Below, piece by piece: positions 9,883 through 20,259 of a stretch of 64,000 nt of DNA (position 1 is its first letter; each line of letters begins with the position of its first letter). The position numbers and the translations under genes are program-made. The notes below the pieces were generated by a model, which saw only the letters and a list, made by a program, of their open reading frames with translations, had not been told where the DNA came from and ran no database searches. The DNA is from an uncultured Gemmatimonadaceae bacterium (GTDB taxonomy: Bacteria > Gemmatimonadota > Gemmatimonadetes > Gemmatimonadales > Gemmatimonadaceae), in contig CAWBOC010000005.1 in NCBI GenBank assembly GCA_963790305.1, positions 833,916-897,915 on the forward strand, in the 5' to 3' direction.

Positions 9883-10334
9883 TGTCGTTCGGTACTGGCC
9901 GCGTCGGCATCGCCCTTGAGCGCCGCGCGCAGCGCGTGCCAGGCGAGGCTCGCGCATTTCACGCGCACCGGAAATCGGGAAACGCCCGAGAACGCGGCAA
10001 GGGACCCCAGGGTGGGGTCGTCGGGCCGTGCCGCCGGGCTTCCGGTCACGAGATCATGAAAGCGCTCGAACAGCGCCGACGCCTCTTCGCGCGTCTTTCC
10101 CTTGACGGTCGTCGTCATGATGGACGCCGATGCCTTCGAGATCGCGCACCCCGATCCCACGAACGACACATCCTCAATGCGGTCGCCATCCATCTTGAGC
10201 CACACGGTGAGCTCGTCCCCGCACATCGGATTGCGCCCCTCCGATCGCCGATCGGCACCGGTGAGCTCGCGAAAATTCCGCGGGCGGCGGTTGTGATCGA
10301 GAATGATCGATTGGTAGAGGGCGGAGAGGTCCAT
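9879..10334 (-). CDS. sufU: Fe-S assembly scaffold/sulfurtransferase SufU
   Basis: LYQSIILDH, NPMCGD, GCAISKAS, RVKCA. Confidence 0.95.
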   Translation of the reverse strand: MDLSALYQSIILDHNRRPRNFRELTGADRRSEGRNPMCGDELTVWLKMDGDRIEDVSFVGSGCAISKASASIMTTTVKGKTREEASALFERFHDLVTGSPAARPDDPTLGSLAAFSGVSRFPVRVKCASLAWHALRAALKGDADAASTERQ

Positions 10335-10343
10335 GGTTGTTTC

Positions 10344-10430
10344 AAAGGCGCTAAAGGCGCTAAAGGCGCTAAGGCGCTCGAGGCGCTACACGGCTACCCC
10401 TTCAGCGCCTGCCGTGCTTTCAGCGCCTTC
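10344..10430. repeat. Nonamer-based palindrome (AAAGGCGCT)n ... (AGCGCCT)
   Basis: aaaggcgct x3, aaggcgct, gaggcgct, then ttcagcgcct...ttcagcgccttc; overlaps the sufD 3' end. Confidence 0.75.
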
Positions 10431-11735
10431 CTCCATGCGCGTAAATCTCTCCAACGTCAGCTCTTCGAGCGCATCGCGCACTTCCGCTATCTCCAATCGC
10501 TCGAGCACATCCGCCGCGAACGCGTAGATGAGGAGTCGGCGCGCCACGGCTGCGGGGAGGCCGCGGCTCTTCATGTAGAAGAGCGAGAGCGCGTCGAGCT
10601 TTCCGACCGTCGCGCCGTGCGTGCATTTCACATCATCGGCGAAGATCTCGAGCTGTGGCTTGGTATCGATGCGCGCCCTGTCGGACAGGAGCAGGTTGTT
10701 GTTCTCCTGCTTGCCGTCGGTCTTCTGGGCGATCGGCCGCACGAACACCTTGCCGTTGAACACCCCATGCGATGCCCCCCCGAGGATGCCCTTGTAGACC
10801 TCGTGGCTGGCGCAGTTGGGGGCGGCGTGCTCGATGCGCGTCTGATGATCGACATGCTGATCGCCATCGACCATGTACAAGCCGTTCATCCAGACTTCGG
10901 CGCCCTCGCCCTCGAGCGTGGTGTAAATGTTCGTGCGCGACAGCGCCGCGCCGGTCGCGAACGAGAACGAGGCGTATTTCGAGTCGCGGGGCTGCCGAAC
11001 CTCGGTCGTGCCGACATGGAAGGCGCGCTGGCTCTCGCGCTGAATCTTGTAATGCGCGAGGTGCGCCCCTTCACCCAGCGCGATCTCGGTGACGGCATTG
11101 GTGAAGTATCGCGCGTTCCCCAGCGAGACGTAGCTCTCGATGACCCGCGCACTTGCCTGGCGATCGACGATCAGGAGGTGCCGAGGATGCATGACCACGC
11201 GCGCGGCGATGGGATCGACCACATGCAGGATGTGGATCGGCGCATCGGCTTGCACGTCCTTCGCCACGTGGACGAGAGCGCCGTCGGACATGAACGCCGT
11301 GTTCAGCGCGGTGAAGCTGTGCTCGTCGAAGGTCGCGATCCTCGAGAGGTGTCCCTTCAGCAGCTCCGGCGCGTCACGCCAGGCGCTCGCGAGATTCATC
11401 ACCCGCACGCCTAACGGTGCGCTGTCCCCGCTGGACAGCTCGGGCGCGTAGCGGCCGTTGACGAAGACGAACGTCGGCCAGTCGGCTCGGCCGAAGAGGA
11501 ATGGCTCGAGGTCTTCCCGGTGGACGTCCCCTGACGGCGCCGACAGCGGATGGAACTCCGCTTCGGTGATCGGGGCGACGCTCGTGAAGTGCCAGTCCTC
11601 GTTGCGTGGCGTCGGGAAGCCGAGTGCCGCGAACCGCGCGAGGGCGGCTCGCCGCACGGGGGGGAGCCAGTCGGGACCAGCACCGCCGCCGTTCGAGGAG
11701 AACGTCTCGAAATCGGCGAGATACGGCTGCGTCAC
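10386..11735 (-). CDS. sufD: Fe-S cluster assembly protein SufD
   Basis: FPTPRNEDWHFT, KPQLEIFADDVKCTHGAT. Confidence 0.95.
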   Translation of the reverse strand: MTQPYLADFETFSSNGGGAGPDWLPPVRRAALARFAALGFPTPRNEDWHFTSVAPITEAEFHPLSAPSGDVHREDLEPFLFGRADWPTFVFVNGRYAPELSSGDSAPLGVRVMNLASAWRDAPELLKGHLSRIATFDEHSFTALNTAFMSDGALVHVAKDVQADAPIHILHVVDPIAARVVMHPRHLLIVDRQASARVIESYVSLGNARYFTNAVTEIALGEGAHLAHYKIQRESQRAFHVGTTEVRQPRDSKYASFSFATGAALSRTNIYTTLEGEGAEVWMNGLYMVDGDQHVDHQTRIEHAAPNCASHEVYKGILGGASHGVFNGKVFVRPIAQKTDGKQENNNLLLSDRARIDTKPQLEIFADDVKCTHGATVGKLDALSLFYMKSRGLPAAVARRLLIYAFAADVLERLEIAEVRDALEELTLERFTRMEEGAESTAGAEGVAV

Positions 11736-12481
11736 GCCGCTGCTCCAGTGACCCAATCGTAACCCTTCGCCTCGAGCTCGAGCGCGAGGTCCTTGCCGCC
11801 CGACTTGACGATCCGCCCGCCGGCGAGCACGTGCACGCGATCGGGCACGATGTAGTTGAGCAGCCGCTGGTAGTGCGTGACGACGATCGTCGCGTTGTCC
11901 GGCCGCCTGAGCTGGTTCACGCCATGGGCGACGACGCGCAGCGCATCGATGTCCAGGCCTGAATCGGTCTCGTCCAGGATGGCGAGCGTCGGCTGCAGCA
12001 CAGCCATCTGGAGGATCTCGTTGCGCTTCTTCTCTCCTCCCGAGAATCCCGCGTTCACGGAGCGGTTGAGCATCGTGTCTTCCATGTCAACCAGCTTCAG
12101 CCGGTCTTCCATCACTTGAAGGAAGTCCAGCGGATCGACCTCCTCCTCACCACGTGCCTTGCGCAGCTCGTTGTACGCCGAGCGAAGGAAGTACGCGTTG
12201 GAGACCCCAGGGATCTCGACCGGGTACTGGAAGGCGAGGAACACCCCCGCCTGCGCGCGCTCCTCCGGCTCCATGGCCAGCAGGTCACGTCCCTGGTAGT
12301 AGACTTCGCCCGCCGTCACCTCATACGCCGGATGCCCGGCAAGCACCTGCGCGAGCGTGCTCTTCCCGGACCCGTTCGGCCCCATCACGGCATGTATTTC
12401 CCCCGCCTTCACCTCGAGGTCGATTCCCTTGAGGATCGCGTTTCCGTCGACGGAGGCGTGGAGATTCTTTATAACTAGCAT
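11732..12481 (-). CDS. sufC: Fe-S cluster assembly ATPase SufC
   Basis: GPNGSGKST, FQYPVEIPGV, FSGGEKKRNEILQ, DETDSGLD. Confidence 0.97.
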   Translation of the reverse strand: MLVIKNLHASVDGNAILKGIDLEVKAGEIHAVMGPNGSGKSTLAQVLAGHPAYEVTAGEVYYQGRDLLAMEPEERAQAGVFLAFQYPVEIPGVSNAYFLRSAYNELRKARGEEEVDPLDFLQVMEDRLKLVDMEDTMLNRSVNAGFSGGEKKRNEILQMAVLQPTLAILDETDSGLDIDALRVVAHGVNQLRRPDNATIVVTHYQRLLNYIVPDRVHVLAGGRIVKSGGKDLALELEAKGYDWVTGAAA

Positions 12482-12499
12482 TTGTGTGCTGTAGAGTCG

Positions 12500-12560
12500 G
12501 GAATGCGGAATGCGGAATGCGGAACTGAATGAAGCCTTCCGTATTCCGCCTTCCGCATTC
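12500..12560. repeat. Heptamer-based palindrome (GGAATGC)n ... (TTCCGxx)n
   Basis: ggaatgcggaatgcggaatgcggaa ... ttccgtattccgccttccgcattc, between sufB and sufC. Confidence 0.8.
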
Positions 12561-12562
12561 GT

Positions 12563-13999
12563 TTATCCAACGCTTCCTTCGAGCGTGATGCCCAACAACT
12601 GTTGCGCTTCAAGGGCGAATTCCATTGGAAGCTCCTTGAAGACCTCTCGGCAGAATCCGCTCACGATCATCGACACCGCATGCTCGGCGGACAGGCCGCG
12701 CTGCTTGCAGTAGAAGATCTGGTCCTCACCGATCTTCGACGTCGACGCCTCGTGCTCGACCGTCGCCGTGTTGTTCTGCACCTCGATGTACGGGAACGTG
12801 TGCGCGCCGCAGCGGTTGCCGATGAGCATCGAGTCACACTGCGTGTAGTTGCGCGCGTTCTCCGCCTTGGGCATCACCTTCACGCGGCCGCGATACGAGT
12901 TGTTTCCCTGGCCGGCGCTGATCCCCTTCGAGACGATGTTCGACTTCGTGTTCTTGCCGATGTGAATCATCTTCGTGCCGGTGTCGGCCTGCTGCCGGTT
13001 GTTCACGACCGCCACGGAGTAGAACTCACCCACCGAGTCATCGCCCTGGAGAATCACGCTGGGATACTTCCAGGTGATGGCCGAGCCCGTCTCGACCTGC
13101 GTCCAGGAGATCTTGGAGCGACGGCCGGCGCACTTCCCGCGCTTCGTCACGAAGTTGTAGATGCCGCCGCGTCCCTCGGAGTCGCCGGCATACCAGTTCT
13201 GCACCGTCGAGTATTTCACCGTCGCATTCTCGAGTGCGACGAGCTCGACGACCGCCGCGTGCAGCTGGTTCTGGTCGCGCTTGGGCGCCGTGCATCCCTC
13301 GAGGTAGCTCACGTAGGCTCCCTCGTCGGCGATGATCAGCGTCCGCTCGAACTGTCCGGTATCGGCCGCGTTGATGCGGAAATACGTCGACAGCTCCATC
13401 GGGCAGCGAACGCCCGGCGGCACGTACACGAATGAACCGTCGCTGAAAACCGCCGAGTTGAGCGCGGCGAAGAAGTTGTCGCTGTAGGGCACGACGGAGC
13501 CGAGATACTTCTGCACGAGCTCGGGGTGATGCTGCACCGCCTCTCCGAACGAGCAGAAGATGATTCCCAGCTTCGACAGCTCTTCCTTCATCGTCGTCCC
13601 GACCGATACGCTGTCGAAAATCGCATCGACGGCGACACCGGCGAGCCGCTTCTGCTCGGTCAGTGGGATGCCAAGCTTCTCGTAGGTGCGGAGAAGCTCC
13701 GGGTCCGCATCATCGAGCGACTGCAGCGGCTTCACGCTCTTGGGCGCCGAGTAGTAGATAATGTCCTGATAGTCGATCGCCGGATACGAGACGTTGCTCC
13801 AGTGGGGCTCGGTCATCGACAGCCAGCGGCGATACGCCTTCATGCGCCACTCGAGCATGAACGGCGGCTCGTTCTTCTTCGCCGAGATCATGCGAATGGT
13901 GTCTTCGCTCAGCCCGCGGGGGACGGTCTCCGTCTCCACATCGGTGACGAAGCCGTGCTGGTACTCACGCGTAACGAGCGATTCGATCGACGAGCTCAT
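12563..13999 (-). CDS. sufB: Fe-S cluster assembly protein SufB
   Basis: [43 protein letters not shown]. Confidence 0.97.
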   Translation of the reverse strand: MSSSIESLVTREYQHGFVTDVETETVPRGLSEDTIRMISAKKNEPPFMLEWRMKAYRRWLSMTEPHWSNVSYPAIDYQDIIYYSAPKSVKPLQSLDDADPELLRTYEKLGIPLTEQKRLAGVAVDAIFDSVSVGTTMKEELSKLGIIFCSFGEAVQHHPELVQKYLGSVVPYSDNFFAALNSAVFSDGSFVYVPPGVRCPMELSTYFRINAADTGQFERTLIIADEGAYVSYLEGCTAPKRDQNQLHAAVVELVALENATVKYSTVQNWYAGDSEGRGGIYNFVTKRGKCAGRRSKISWTQVETGSAITWKYPSVILQGDDSVGEFYSVAVVNNRQQADTGTKMIHIGKNTKSNIVSKGISAGQGNNSYRGRVKVMPKAENARNYTQCDSMLIGNRCGAHTFPYIEVQNNTATVEHEASTSKIGEDQIFYCKQRGLSAEHAVSMIVSGFCREVFKELPMEFALEAQQLLGITLEGSVG

Positions 14000-14190
14000 G
14001 GCAACTCCCGAAAGCTGGTGCGGACGACGAGCGGCGCGGCGAGGGCCCCGCGTGCGTTCGACGTCACCCATGCCTGAAGATTCGTGCCCGGTTCCGCGTT
14101 CCCCGATCCGGGGAAACGCCCCGCGTAACGTCAGCGGCTCGGGCGCGCGTCGCGGGCAGTGCTTCCTCGGAGCGCCCGGTTCGTCACAGG

Positions 14191-14215
14191 AATCCTAAGT
14201 AAATCTGTCGGGATT
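14191..14215 (-). promoter_or_regulatory. Putative Rrf2/IscR-type operator upstream of the suf operon
   Basis: AATCCCGACAGATTTACTTAGGATT: 25-bp AT-rich imperfect palindrome resembling the IscR type-1 box. Confidence 0.5.
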
Positions 14216-14282
14216 AGCAACTGCGCAGATCACGGCAGAAGTTGGGATCGTATAAGGGGTTAGCGTCCGAGTCAGATCAACC

Positions 14283-14406
14283 TCCGAAGACGTCAGGGGT
14301 CAGACGTCAGGTCTCAGGAGGCAGAAAAAACCGCGGGAGGCCAAGGCTCGGCTCCCCGCGGTTCTCTGAATTCTGATACTGACGTCTGACCCCTGACGTC
14401 TTCGGA
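14283..14406. repeat. Inverted repeat with perfect 28-bp arms (GACGTCAG family)
   Basis: tccgaagacgtcaggggtcagacgtcag at 14283-14310 and its exact reverse complement at 14379-14406. Confidence 0.92.
14325..14363 (-). terminator. Rho-independent terminator nested inside the inverted repeat
   Basis: Minus strand aaccgcggggag...ctcccgcgg followed by T6, downstream of the FHA gene. Confidence 0.65.
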
Positions 14407-14418
14407 AGTCGATCTACG

Positions 14419-15222
14419 CTACCTGGCGGCGAGCCAAGCCACCACGCCCAATAAGAGAACGACGGCCCCGATCGTCATCGGCCCCGGCCCCGTCCTGATC
14501 TTGAACGCATCGTGCGACCCCGTGATCGCCTTCTGGTACACGACGGTCTCGCGGCGCGCGAAGGATTCGTCGGCGTGCTCCTCGAGATCGACGACCTTCA
14601 TCCCTGCCGGCGCCTTGCCTTGGGTGAAGGTGAACGTCGCTCGGCCGACGCGAATCTCATCGCCTTCGCGAAGCACCTTCGGCTGCTTGATCGTTTCCTC
14701 GCCAACCTTGGTGCCTCCGGAGCCCATCGAGTAGATCACATGCCGCCCGCCTTCCGTGCGGATGTCCGCGTGAAAACGCGACACGCTCGTGTCCTTCAAC
14801 ACGATGTTGCAGCCGATCTCGCGCCCGATCTGCACCACACGGCGGTTGAGTGGATAGGCGCGCCGGTTCTGCGCGTCGACGAGGAACGCCGCGCCGGCCG
14901 GCTCGGGAAGCTCGGGGCGCTTGTCGGATTCCTTGTTGAGATAGATGAAATGCGCGGTTCCCGCGGAGATCACGTCGCCGCCCTTGACGGCGGCGCCGGC
15001 AACCGGCACGGGCTCGCCATTCAGAATGACGATGTGCTGCGCCAATGCGGGGACGACTTTCGCCTTCCCGTCGCCATTGACGTTTACCGTGAAGTGGCGC
15101 GCCGCGAGGTCCTTGCTCGGCACACGCCACGCTGCCTGCGCCCCACTCCCCACGCTCGTTTCCGGTTCGAGCGCGCGTGGAGGAGTACCCTCAGGCATAC
15201 CAACCAGTTCAAGAAACGCCAT
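14419..15222 (-). CDS. Double-FHA domain protein with C-terminal membrane anchor
   Basis: Second FHA IGRE..CNIVL.D..VSRFHA; degenerate first FHA; hydrophobic C-terminus. Confidence 0.8.
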   Translation of the reverse strand: MAFLELVGMPEGTPPRALEPETSVGSGAQAAWRVPSKDLAARHFTVNVNGDGKAKVVPALAQHIVILNGEPVPVAGAAVKGGDVISAGTAHFIYLNKESDKRPELPEPAGAAFLVDAQNRRAYPLNRRVVQIGREIGCNIVLKDTSVSRFHADIRTEGGRHVIYSMGSGGTKVGEETIKQPKVLREGDEIRVGRATFTFTQGKAPAGMKVVDLEEHADESFARRETVVYQKAITGSHDAFKIRTGPGPMTIGAVVLLLGVVAWLAAR

Positions 15223-15778
15223 CCGAAGCTCTCCCGCCGCTCTGCGGCATGTCTGATCGTGTATCGATGTCGCGCGTGACGCCCTCGTCAGGCACCGGCA
15301 CTTCGACGACGTTCGCGGCGTGAGCATGCACTACCGTGCGCGCTCCGCCGGTCGGCGTGGTCATGAGCTCGAGCCACACCGTGCGCGCGAAGAGCACAGG
15401 ATGCCCGCGACGCCCTTCATGCACGGGGAGGACGATTGGCGCCCGCGTCCGTTTGAACGCATCCACCAGCGCCAGCACGCTCAATAGATGGACGAATGGG
15501 TGGTCGACCGGCCACACGACGACGGCCTCCGCGCGGTCATTGGCGAGCCCCGCGAGCGCAAGGCGAAGTGATCCAGACTGCTCACTCCTGGGGTTCGGAT
15601 TGATTACGGCCCTCGCCGGAGAGGGCACGTCGACCCCAGGGGGCACGACGGCGAGGACTGGACTCAGGTCCCCTTCGGTCGCGACCCGAACGACCGCGTC
15701 GAGAAAGCGCTCTCCGGATGACAGGCGCGCGAGCGCCTTGGGCTCACCGAAACGGGTGCCCTGTCCCGCGGCAAGCAC
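15209..15778 (-). CDS. MocA/MobA-like NTP transferase
   Basis: VLAAGQGTRFG..KAL, VDHP, GRRGHPVLF, DIDT; true start unclear. Confidence 0.85.
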   Translation of the reverse strand: MLAAGQGTRFGEPKALARLSSGERFLDAVVRVATEGDLSPVLAVVPPGVDVPSPARAVINPNPRSEQSGSLRLALAGLANDRAEAVVVWPVDHPFVHLLSVLALVDAFKRTRAPIVLPVHEGRRGHPVLFARTVWLELMTTPTGGARTVVHAHAANVVEVPVPDEGVTRDIDTRSDMPQSGGRASDGVS

Positions 15779-15928
15779 CGCGCACGCGATGGGGACTTCC
15801 CGAACGGAGATGGTACCTGGCCGGATGTCGTGAGGAGCGAGTAGCTTACCGTGCGAGAACGACGAGGGCCAGGCGGGAAACGTGCGACGCTCGTCGCTCG
15901 TCCTTCACGGATGCCCCCACGCACTGCC

Positions 15929-16987
15929 ATGGACCTCCCCCGGTTCCGGTTCGCCTGCATCCTGTTCATGATCGTCGCCGCCTGCACGCGCTCCCGTGGA
16001 TCAGGAGAGGCGCCAGCCGAGGATGATCTGCTCGCCAACGACACGATTCCCGCGTCGTTCGTCGCGTTCACGGATGCTGGTGGCGACACGGAAGCCGTCA
16101 TCGAGTTGGCGACCGACTCACTCCGGGCTCCCGTCCATGAGCAGCCGCGGTTCGTCGTCCTGCCGCCTGTCGCGGACACGCTCGCGAAGTACATGGTGTT
16201 CGCCGCGCGTGGGCAGAGTTGGTACGCGGCGTCCGCGCGCGGAAAGCGAATGCTCATCGATATCGGTCGGTTCGATGGAAAGCTCACGACCCCCGCGCAC
16301 AAGGACGCGTTTCGCGAAGCGATCGACATGATCTCTCCGGTGCGCGCTGGCGACCGCTTCCGCTTGTACGGTCCGTGGGGCAGTGACACCGTTACCGTGA
16401 GCGGCTTCGACATCTGGAATGGGCGCATCGTCGCGACGCTGACGGCGCCGCCCCGTGTCGATTCCATCGCCCGCGCGAAGGAGACGCTCGTCGCCAGCGC
16501 CATGCGCACCGATTCCGTTGCGGTGCCGGCGACGGGCAGGTGCAGACGCGACAGCGTGCCGGAAGAAGTGTGGCTCCACGCTGGATTCGCGCGCGACTCT
16601 GTGGAGCAGGCGCTGCGCGATGCCGCGGTCCGTCTTCCCGAGCGCTTGCAGAACACGTTGCGTGTCGAGACATCGCACGCCATCGGGTGCTTTGCCGATT
16701 CGCGCATGCTCCTCGTCGTAACGCTCGTGGCGGGCAACTACGAGTACGTGCGTCAGGGTGCTGTGGCGGTCTCCGATTCCGGCGGTGCCACTCCGTTGGC
16801 GGTACTGGACCCGCGCTTCCGCGCGCACGTCGCGCTGCACGCGCTGGACGCGGACGGAGATGGGGTCGACGATGTCGCCATGCGGGGGAGGGCGGAGCGG
16901 TTGGGCGCGACTGTCGTGTTGCGCTACAATGTGGCGGAGAAACGACTGGAGCGGTTGGCCACGGGGTTTGCCTGGGAGAGGAACTGA
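15929..16987 (+). CDS. Hypothetical lipoprotein
   Basis: Lipobox-like IVAAC; one DADGDGVDD Ca-binding-like motif. Confidence 0.65.
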   Translation: MDLPRFRFACILFMIVAACTRSRGSGEAPAEDDLLANDTIPASFVAFTDAGGDTEAVIELATDSLRAPVHEQPRFVVLPPVADTLAKYMVFAARGQSWYAASARGKRMLIDIGRFDGKLTTPAHKDAFREAIDMISPVRAGDRFRLYGPWGSDTVTVSGFDIWNGRIVATLTAPPRVDSIARAKETLVASAMRTDSVAVPATGRCRRDSVPEEVWLHAGFARDSVEQALRDAAVRLPERLQNTLRVETSHAIGCFADSRMLLVVTLVAGNYEYVRQGAVAVSDSGGATPLAVLDPRFRAHVALHALDADGDGVDDVAMRGRAERLGATVVLRYNVAEKRLERLATGFAWERN

Positions 16988-16998
16988 AGGTGAACTTT

Positions 16999-17103
16999 CG
17001 CAGACGTCAGGCGGCAGACATCAGGTTATCAGGAGTCGGATAGCGGCGACGATGTTGACCTTTCTGACATCTGACACCTGACGTCGGATCCCTGACGTCT
17101 TCG
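16999..17103. repeat. Imperfect inverted repeat (GACGTCAG family)
   Basis: agacgtcagg..cagacatcagg..tcagga ... tctgacatctgacacctgacgtc..cctgacgtcttcg; related to 14283-14406. Confidence 0.75.
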
Positions 17104-17173
17104 GGTGTTGATCTTGTCACGGTACGACCATTGCCGCTCATTGAGGTTTGTCCTGAACCCTGAGCGAGACGAG

Positions 17174-18127
17174 ATGCCCGCCCGCGCCAAGCCCTCTCCC
17201 TCCGTCCCGGTCCCTACTCGCCCCCTCGGCCGCACCGGCGCCGACGTCTCCATCCTCGGACTCGGCGGCTATCACCTCGGACTCGTCGATACGCAGGCCG
17301 AGGCGACCCGGATCGTGCACGAAGCGATCGACGCCGGCGTCACGCTCATGGACAACGCCTGGGAGTATCACGAAGGCGAGAGTGAGAAGCGCATGGGGAA
17401 AGCGCTCGCGAAAGGGAAGCGCGAGCGCGTCTTTCTGATGACGAAGGTCTGCACGCACGGCCGCGACGCCAAGACCGCAATGCAACAGCTCGAGCAATCA
17501 CTCCGCCGCCTCGGCACCGACTACCTCGATCTCTGGCAGATTCACGAGGTCGCGTACTACAACGACCCTGAGCGTCACTTCATGGCCGGGGGCGCCGCTG
17601 ATGCGCTGCTGGCCGCCAAAGCGCAGGGAAAGGTGCGGTGCATCGGCTTTACCGGACACAAGGATCCCGAGCTGCATCTCAAGATGCTCTCGTACGATTT
17701 TCCCTTCGACACCTGCCAGCTGCCGCTCAACTGCTTCAATGCGACGTTCCGCAGCTTCGAGCAGATTGTCCTTCCGGAGCTCCTCGGGCGCGGGATCGCT
17801 CCGCTCGGCATGAAGAGCTTCGGTGGCGAAGCGGGCATGATCAAGAAAAAGGTCGTCACCCCCGACGAAGCACTGCGTTACGCGCTGAGTCTCCCCGTTG
17901 CGGCGACGATTTCCGGTGTCGATTCGCTGAAAGTGTTGCGGCAGAACCTCAGGATTGCCGCCGGCTTCAAGCCAATGTCGGCGGTCGAGATGGATTCGCT
18001 ACGGCTGCGCGTCGCGGCCGAGGCGGCCGATGGACGCTTCGAGCTGTACAAGGTGAGCGCGAAACACGAGGGGCCGGAGGGGCGTAAGCAGCATGGGTTC
18101 CCCGACGACGAGGAGCTGGCGGCCTAA
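17174..18127 (+). CDS. Aldo/keto reductase
   Basis: RPLGRTG..VS.LGLG, DNAWEY, LMTK, SLRRLGTDYLDLWQIH. Confidence 0.92.
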   Translation: MPARAKPSPSVPVPTRPLGRTGADVSILGLGGYHLGLVDTQAEATRIVHEAIDAGVTLMDNAWEYHEGESEKRMGKALAKGKRERVFLMTKVCTHGRDAKTAMQQLEQSLRRLGTDYLDLWQIHEVAYYNDPERHFMAGGAADALLAAKAQGKVRCIGFTGHKDPELHLKMLSYDFPFDTCQLPLNCFNATFRSFEQIVLPELLGRGIAPLGMKSFGGEAGMIKKKVVTPDEALRYALSLPVAATISGVDSLKVLRQNLRIAAGFKPMSAVEMDSLRLRVAAEAADGRFELYKVSAKHEGPEGRKQHGFPDDEELAA

Positions 18128-18233
18128 CGGTTCAGCGGTATGACCGTTGACGTCACGATCGCCACTGCATGTTGCACGAAGAGGCTCGCTGCTTCGACAT
18201 TGGATTTACGCGGGCGGTTGACGAAAAACACAC

Positions 18234-18545
18234 ATGGCAATAACTGGCAAGGAGCGCGCTGAGCTTCGGGCGGAAGCGCACCACCTCGATCCCCTGGTGC
18301 ACGTCGGCGTCCACGGAATCACGCCGACGCTCGTCGAATCGCTCGACGACGCCCTCCGCACCCGCGAACTGGTCAAGGTTCAGCTCGGCCGTCCCATCGA
18401 GGAGCGACCGCGCGCCCTCGCCGAGCGGCTGGCGCATGAGACGGGTGCCGTCGTCGTTCAGGTCATCGGACGAACCGCCACGCTCTATCGGGAGAATCCG
18501 GAGCTCGAGCGAAAGGACGGGGCGCCTCCACCGTGGAGACGATGA
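18234..18545 (+). CDS. yhbY: YhbY CRM-domain RNA-binding protein
   Basis: ITGKERAELRAEAHHLDPLVHVG..G, RELVKV, VQVIGRTATLYR. Confidence 0.9.
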   Translation: MAITGKERAELRAEAHHLDPLVHVGVHGITPTLVESLDDALRTRELVKVQLGRPIEERPRALAERLAHETGAVVVQVIGRTATLYRENPELERKDGAPPPWRR

Positions 18546-19009
18546 TGCGCCGAGCTCTCTTGCTGCTCATTGCCGCCGCTGTGGGTTGCGGCACGTCCGA
18601 CCGCGGCGCAGGCGGCGACTCGGCGTTCGCCGGCGTCCAGGCACGCGGTCACGAGGCGATGGGCGTCGACCAATACACATCGGAGCACCGCTTCGAGCCC
18701 CTACCTGACGGAGGTCGGATCGAGCTCCAGCGGGACAGCGCCGACCGCGCCGGTGTAGCGACGATCCGCGCGCACATGCGCGACATCGCCGACCGATTCT
18801 CCCGGGGCGATTTCACGATTCCCGGATTCGTCCACGCGCAGGAGGTGCCGGGAACGCGCGTGATGACCGAGCGGAAGGGCCAGATCACTTACCAGGCGAA
18901 CGATCTCCCCGGAGGCGCGGAGGTTCGCATTCGCTCAGCCGATTCCACCTCTGTCACCGCCGTCCACGCGTTCCTCGCCTTCCAGCGAACGGACCACCGC
19001 GTGCACTGA
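18542..19009 (+). CDS. Hypothetical His-rich lipoprotein
   Basis: Lipobox [19 protein letters not shown]-terminal FQRTDH. Confidence 0.7.
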   Translation: MMRRALLLLIAAAVGCGTSDRGAGGDSAFAGVQARGHEAMGVDQYTSEHRFEPLPDGGRIELQRDSADRAGVATIRAHMRDIADRFSRGDFTIPGFVHAQEVPGTRVMTERKGQITYQANDLPGGAEVRIRSADSTSVTAVHAFLAFQRTDHRVH

Positions 19010-19133
19010 GCCTTCGGCGATTGGCCACCCCTCGCGGCCGAGGTTATTATTCCGTGAGCGTGGACCGCGCGGGTGGTGTGCGGGCAAGGGGCGCATCCGC
19101 ACGCGCTGCCGCATCAGAGCCAATGAGGGATTG

Positions 19134-19397
19134 ATGCCTTACATCATTACCGAAGCGTGCATCGGCGTGAAGGACAAGGCGTGCGTGGACGTATGCCCCG
19201 TCGATTGCATATATGAAGGCGAGCAGCAGCTCTTCATCCATCCGGATGAGTGCATCGACTGCGGCGCGTGCGAGCCCGAGTGTCCCGTCACCGCGATCTT
19301 CCCCGAGGAAGACGTGCCGGCGAACATGAAGCAGTACGTGCAGCTCAACCGCGACGTGTTCAAGAGCGACAATCCGCCGAAAAAGCCGACGAGATAG
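19134..19397 (+). CDS. FdxA-type dicluster ferredoxin
   Basis: [18 protein letters not shown]...[12 protein letters not shown]. Confidence 0.95.
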   Translation: MPYIITEACIGVKDKACVDVCPVDCIYEGEQQLFIHPDECIDCGACEPECPVTAIFPEEDVPANMKQYVQLNRDVFKSDNPPKKPTR

Positions 19398-19524
19398 GGG
19401 TCAGGAGTCAGGAGTCAGGGGCCAGGGGTGTCAGGGTTGAGGTGTCAGGAGAAGTGCACGCTGTTCTCTCCTGCAACCCACTCCCTGACCCCCCTGATCC
19501 CTGACTCCTGACTCCTGACCCCTA
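19395..19524. repeat. GGAGTCA-heptamer palindrome, copy A1
   Basis: taggggtcaggagtcaggagtcagggg ... ccctgactcctgactcctgaccccta. Confidence 0.92.
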
Positions 19525-19532
19525 ACAGCTTC

Positions 19533-20252
19533 ATGCTCACCGCAATCTCCCTCGACTACTGGGACACTCTCTTCGACGGCGGCAATCTCCCCGAGAGACT
19601 CGAGCGCCGGCAGGGCGCACTGCGCCGCATGCTGCGTAACCTCGAGTGCAATGTGCCCGACGAGGAGTTCGTCACGCTGTATCGGGCTGCGGGGGCCGAG
19701 GCAGACCGGTGGTGGCGCGAGGAGCACCGCGGCTACACCGCCGACGACCGCATCCGCTGGATGCTCGCCCGGCTGAACGTGACACGTCCACTCGACTGCG
19801 AGCATGTCGCCGCGGCGGTACGCGCCGTGGATGAAACTCTCCTCGAGTTCCCGCCGCCGTTGCTCACCGGTGCGACAGAGACCATCGAGCGACTGGCCGC
19901 GCGGTTTCCCCTGGCGATTCTCTCCGATACCGGATTCGCCTCCAGCGCGGCGCAGGATGCGCTGCTCGCTCGCGAGGGCCTGAACGACTACTTCGCCGCG
20001 CGCATTTACTCGATGGACATCGGGCACGCCAAGCCACGGCGCGAGATGTTCGAGGCCTGCGCCGCCGCGCTCGGACAGGCCCCTGAGACGATCATTCACA
20101 TCGGGGACAACGAGCGCACCGACGTGCGTGGCGCGCTCAATGCCGGATTTCGAGCCATCAGGCTGGATGTGGTTCGGGACAACGGGCCCAGTGCAGCGGA
20201 GCTCGTGGCACGCACCTTCGACGAGCTGCGCGAATACCTGCTCGACGAGTAG
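19533..20252 (+). CDS. HAD-family hydrolase
   Basis: DYWDTL motif I, SD, KP, HIGD...D. Confidence 0.9.
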   Translation: MLTAISLDYWDTLFDGGNLPERLERRQGALRRMLRNLECNVPDEEFVTLYRAAGAEADRWWREEHRGYTADDRIRWMLARLNVTRPLDCEHVAAAVRAVDETLLEFPPPLLTGATETIERLAARFPLAILSDTGFASSAAQDALLAREGLNDYFAARIYSMDIGHAKPRREMFEACAAALGQAPETIIHIGDNERTDVRGALNAGFRAIRLDVVRDNGPSAAELVARTFDELREYLLDE

Positions 20253-20259
20253 CGCGTCT

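Noticed and set aside
19395..19524. GGAGTCA repeats as a CRISPR array
   Set aside because: Units are 7-bp tandems in inverted arms, with no 25-40-bp direct repeats separated by unique spacers and no cas genes.
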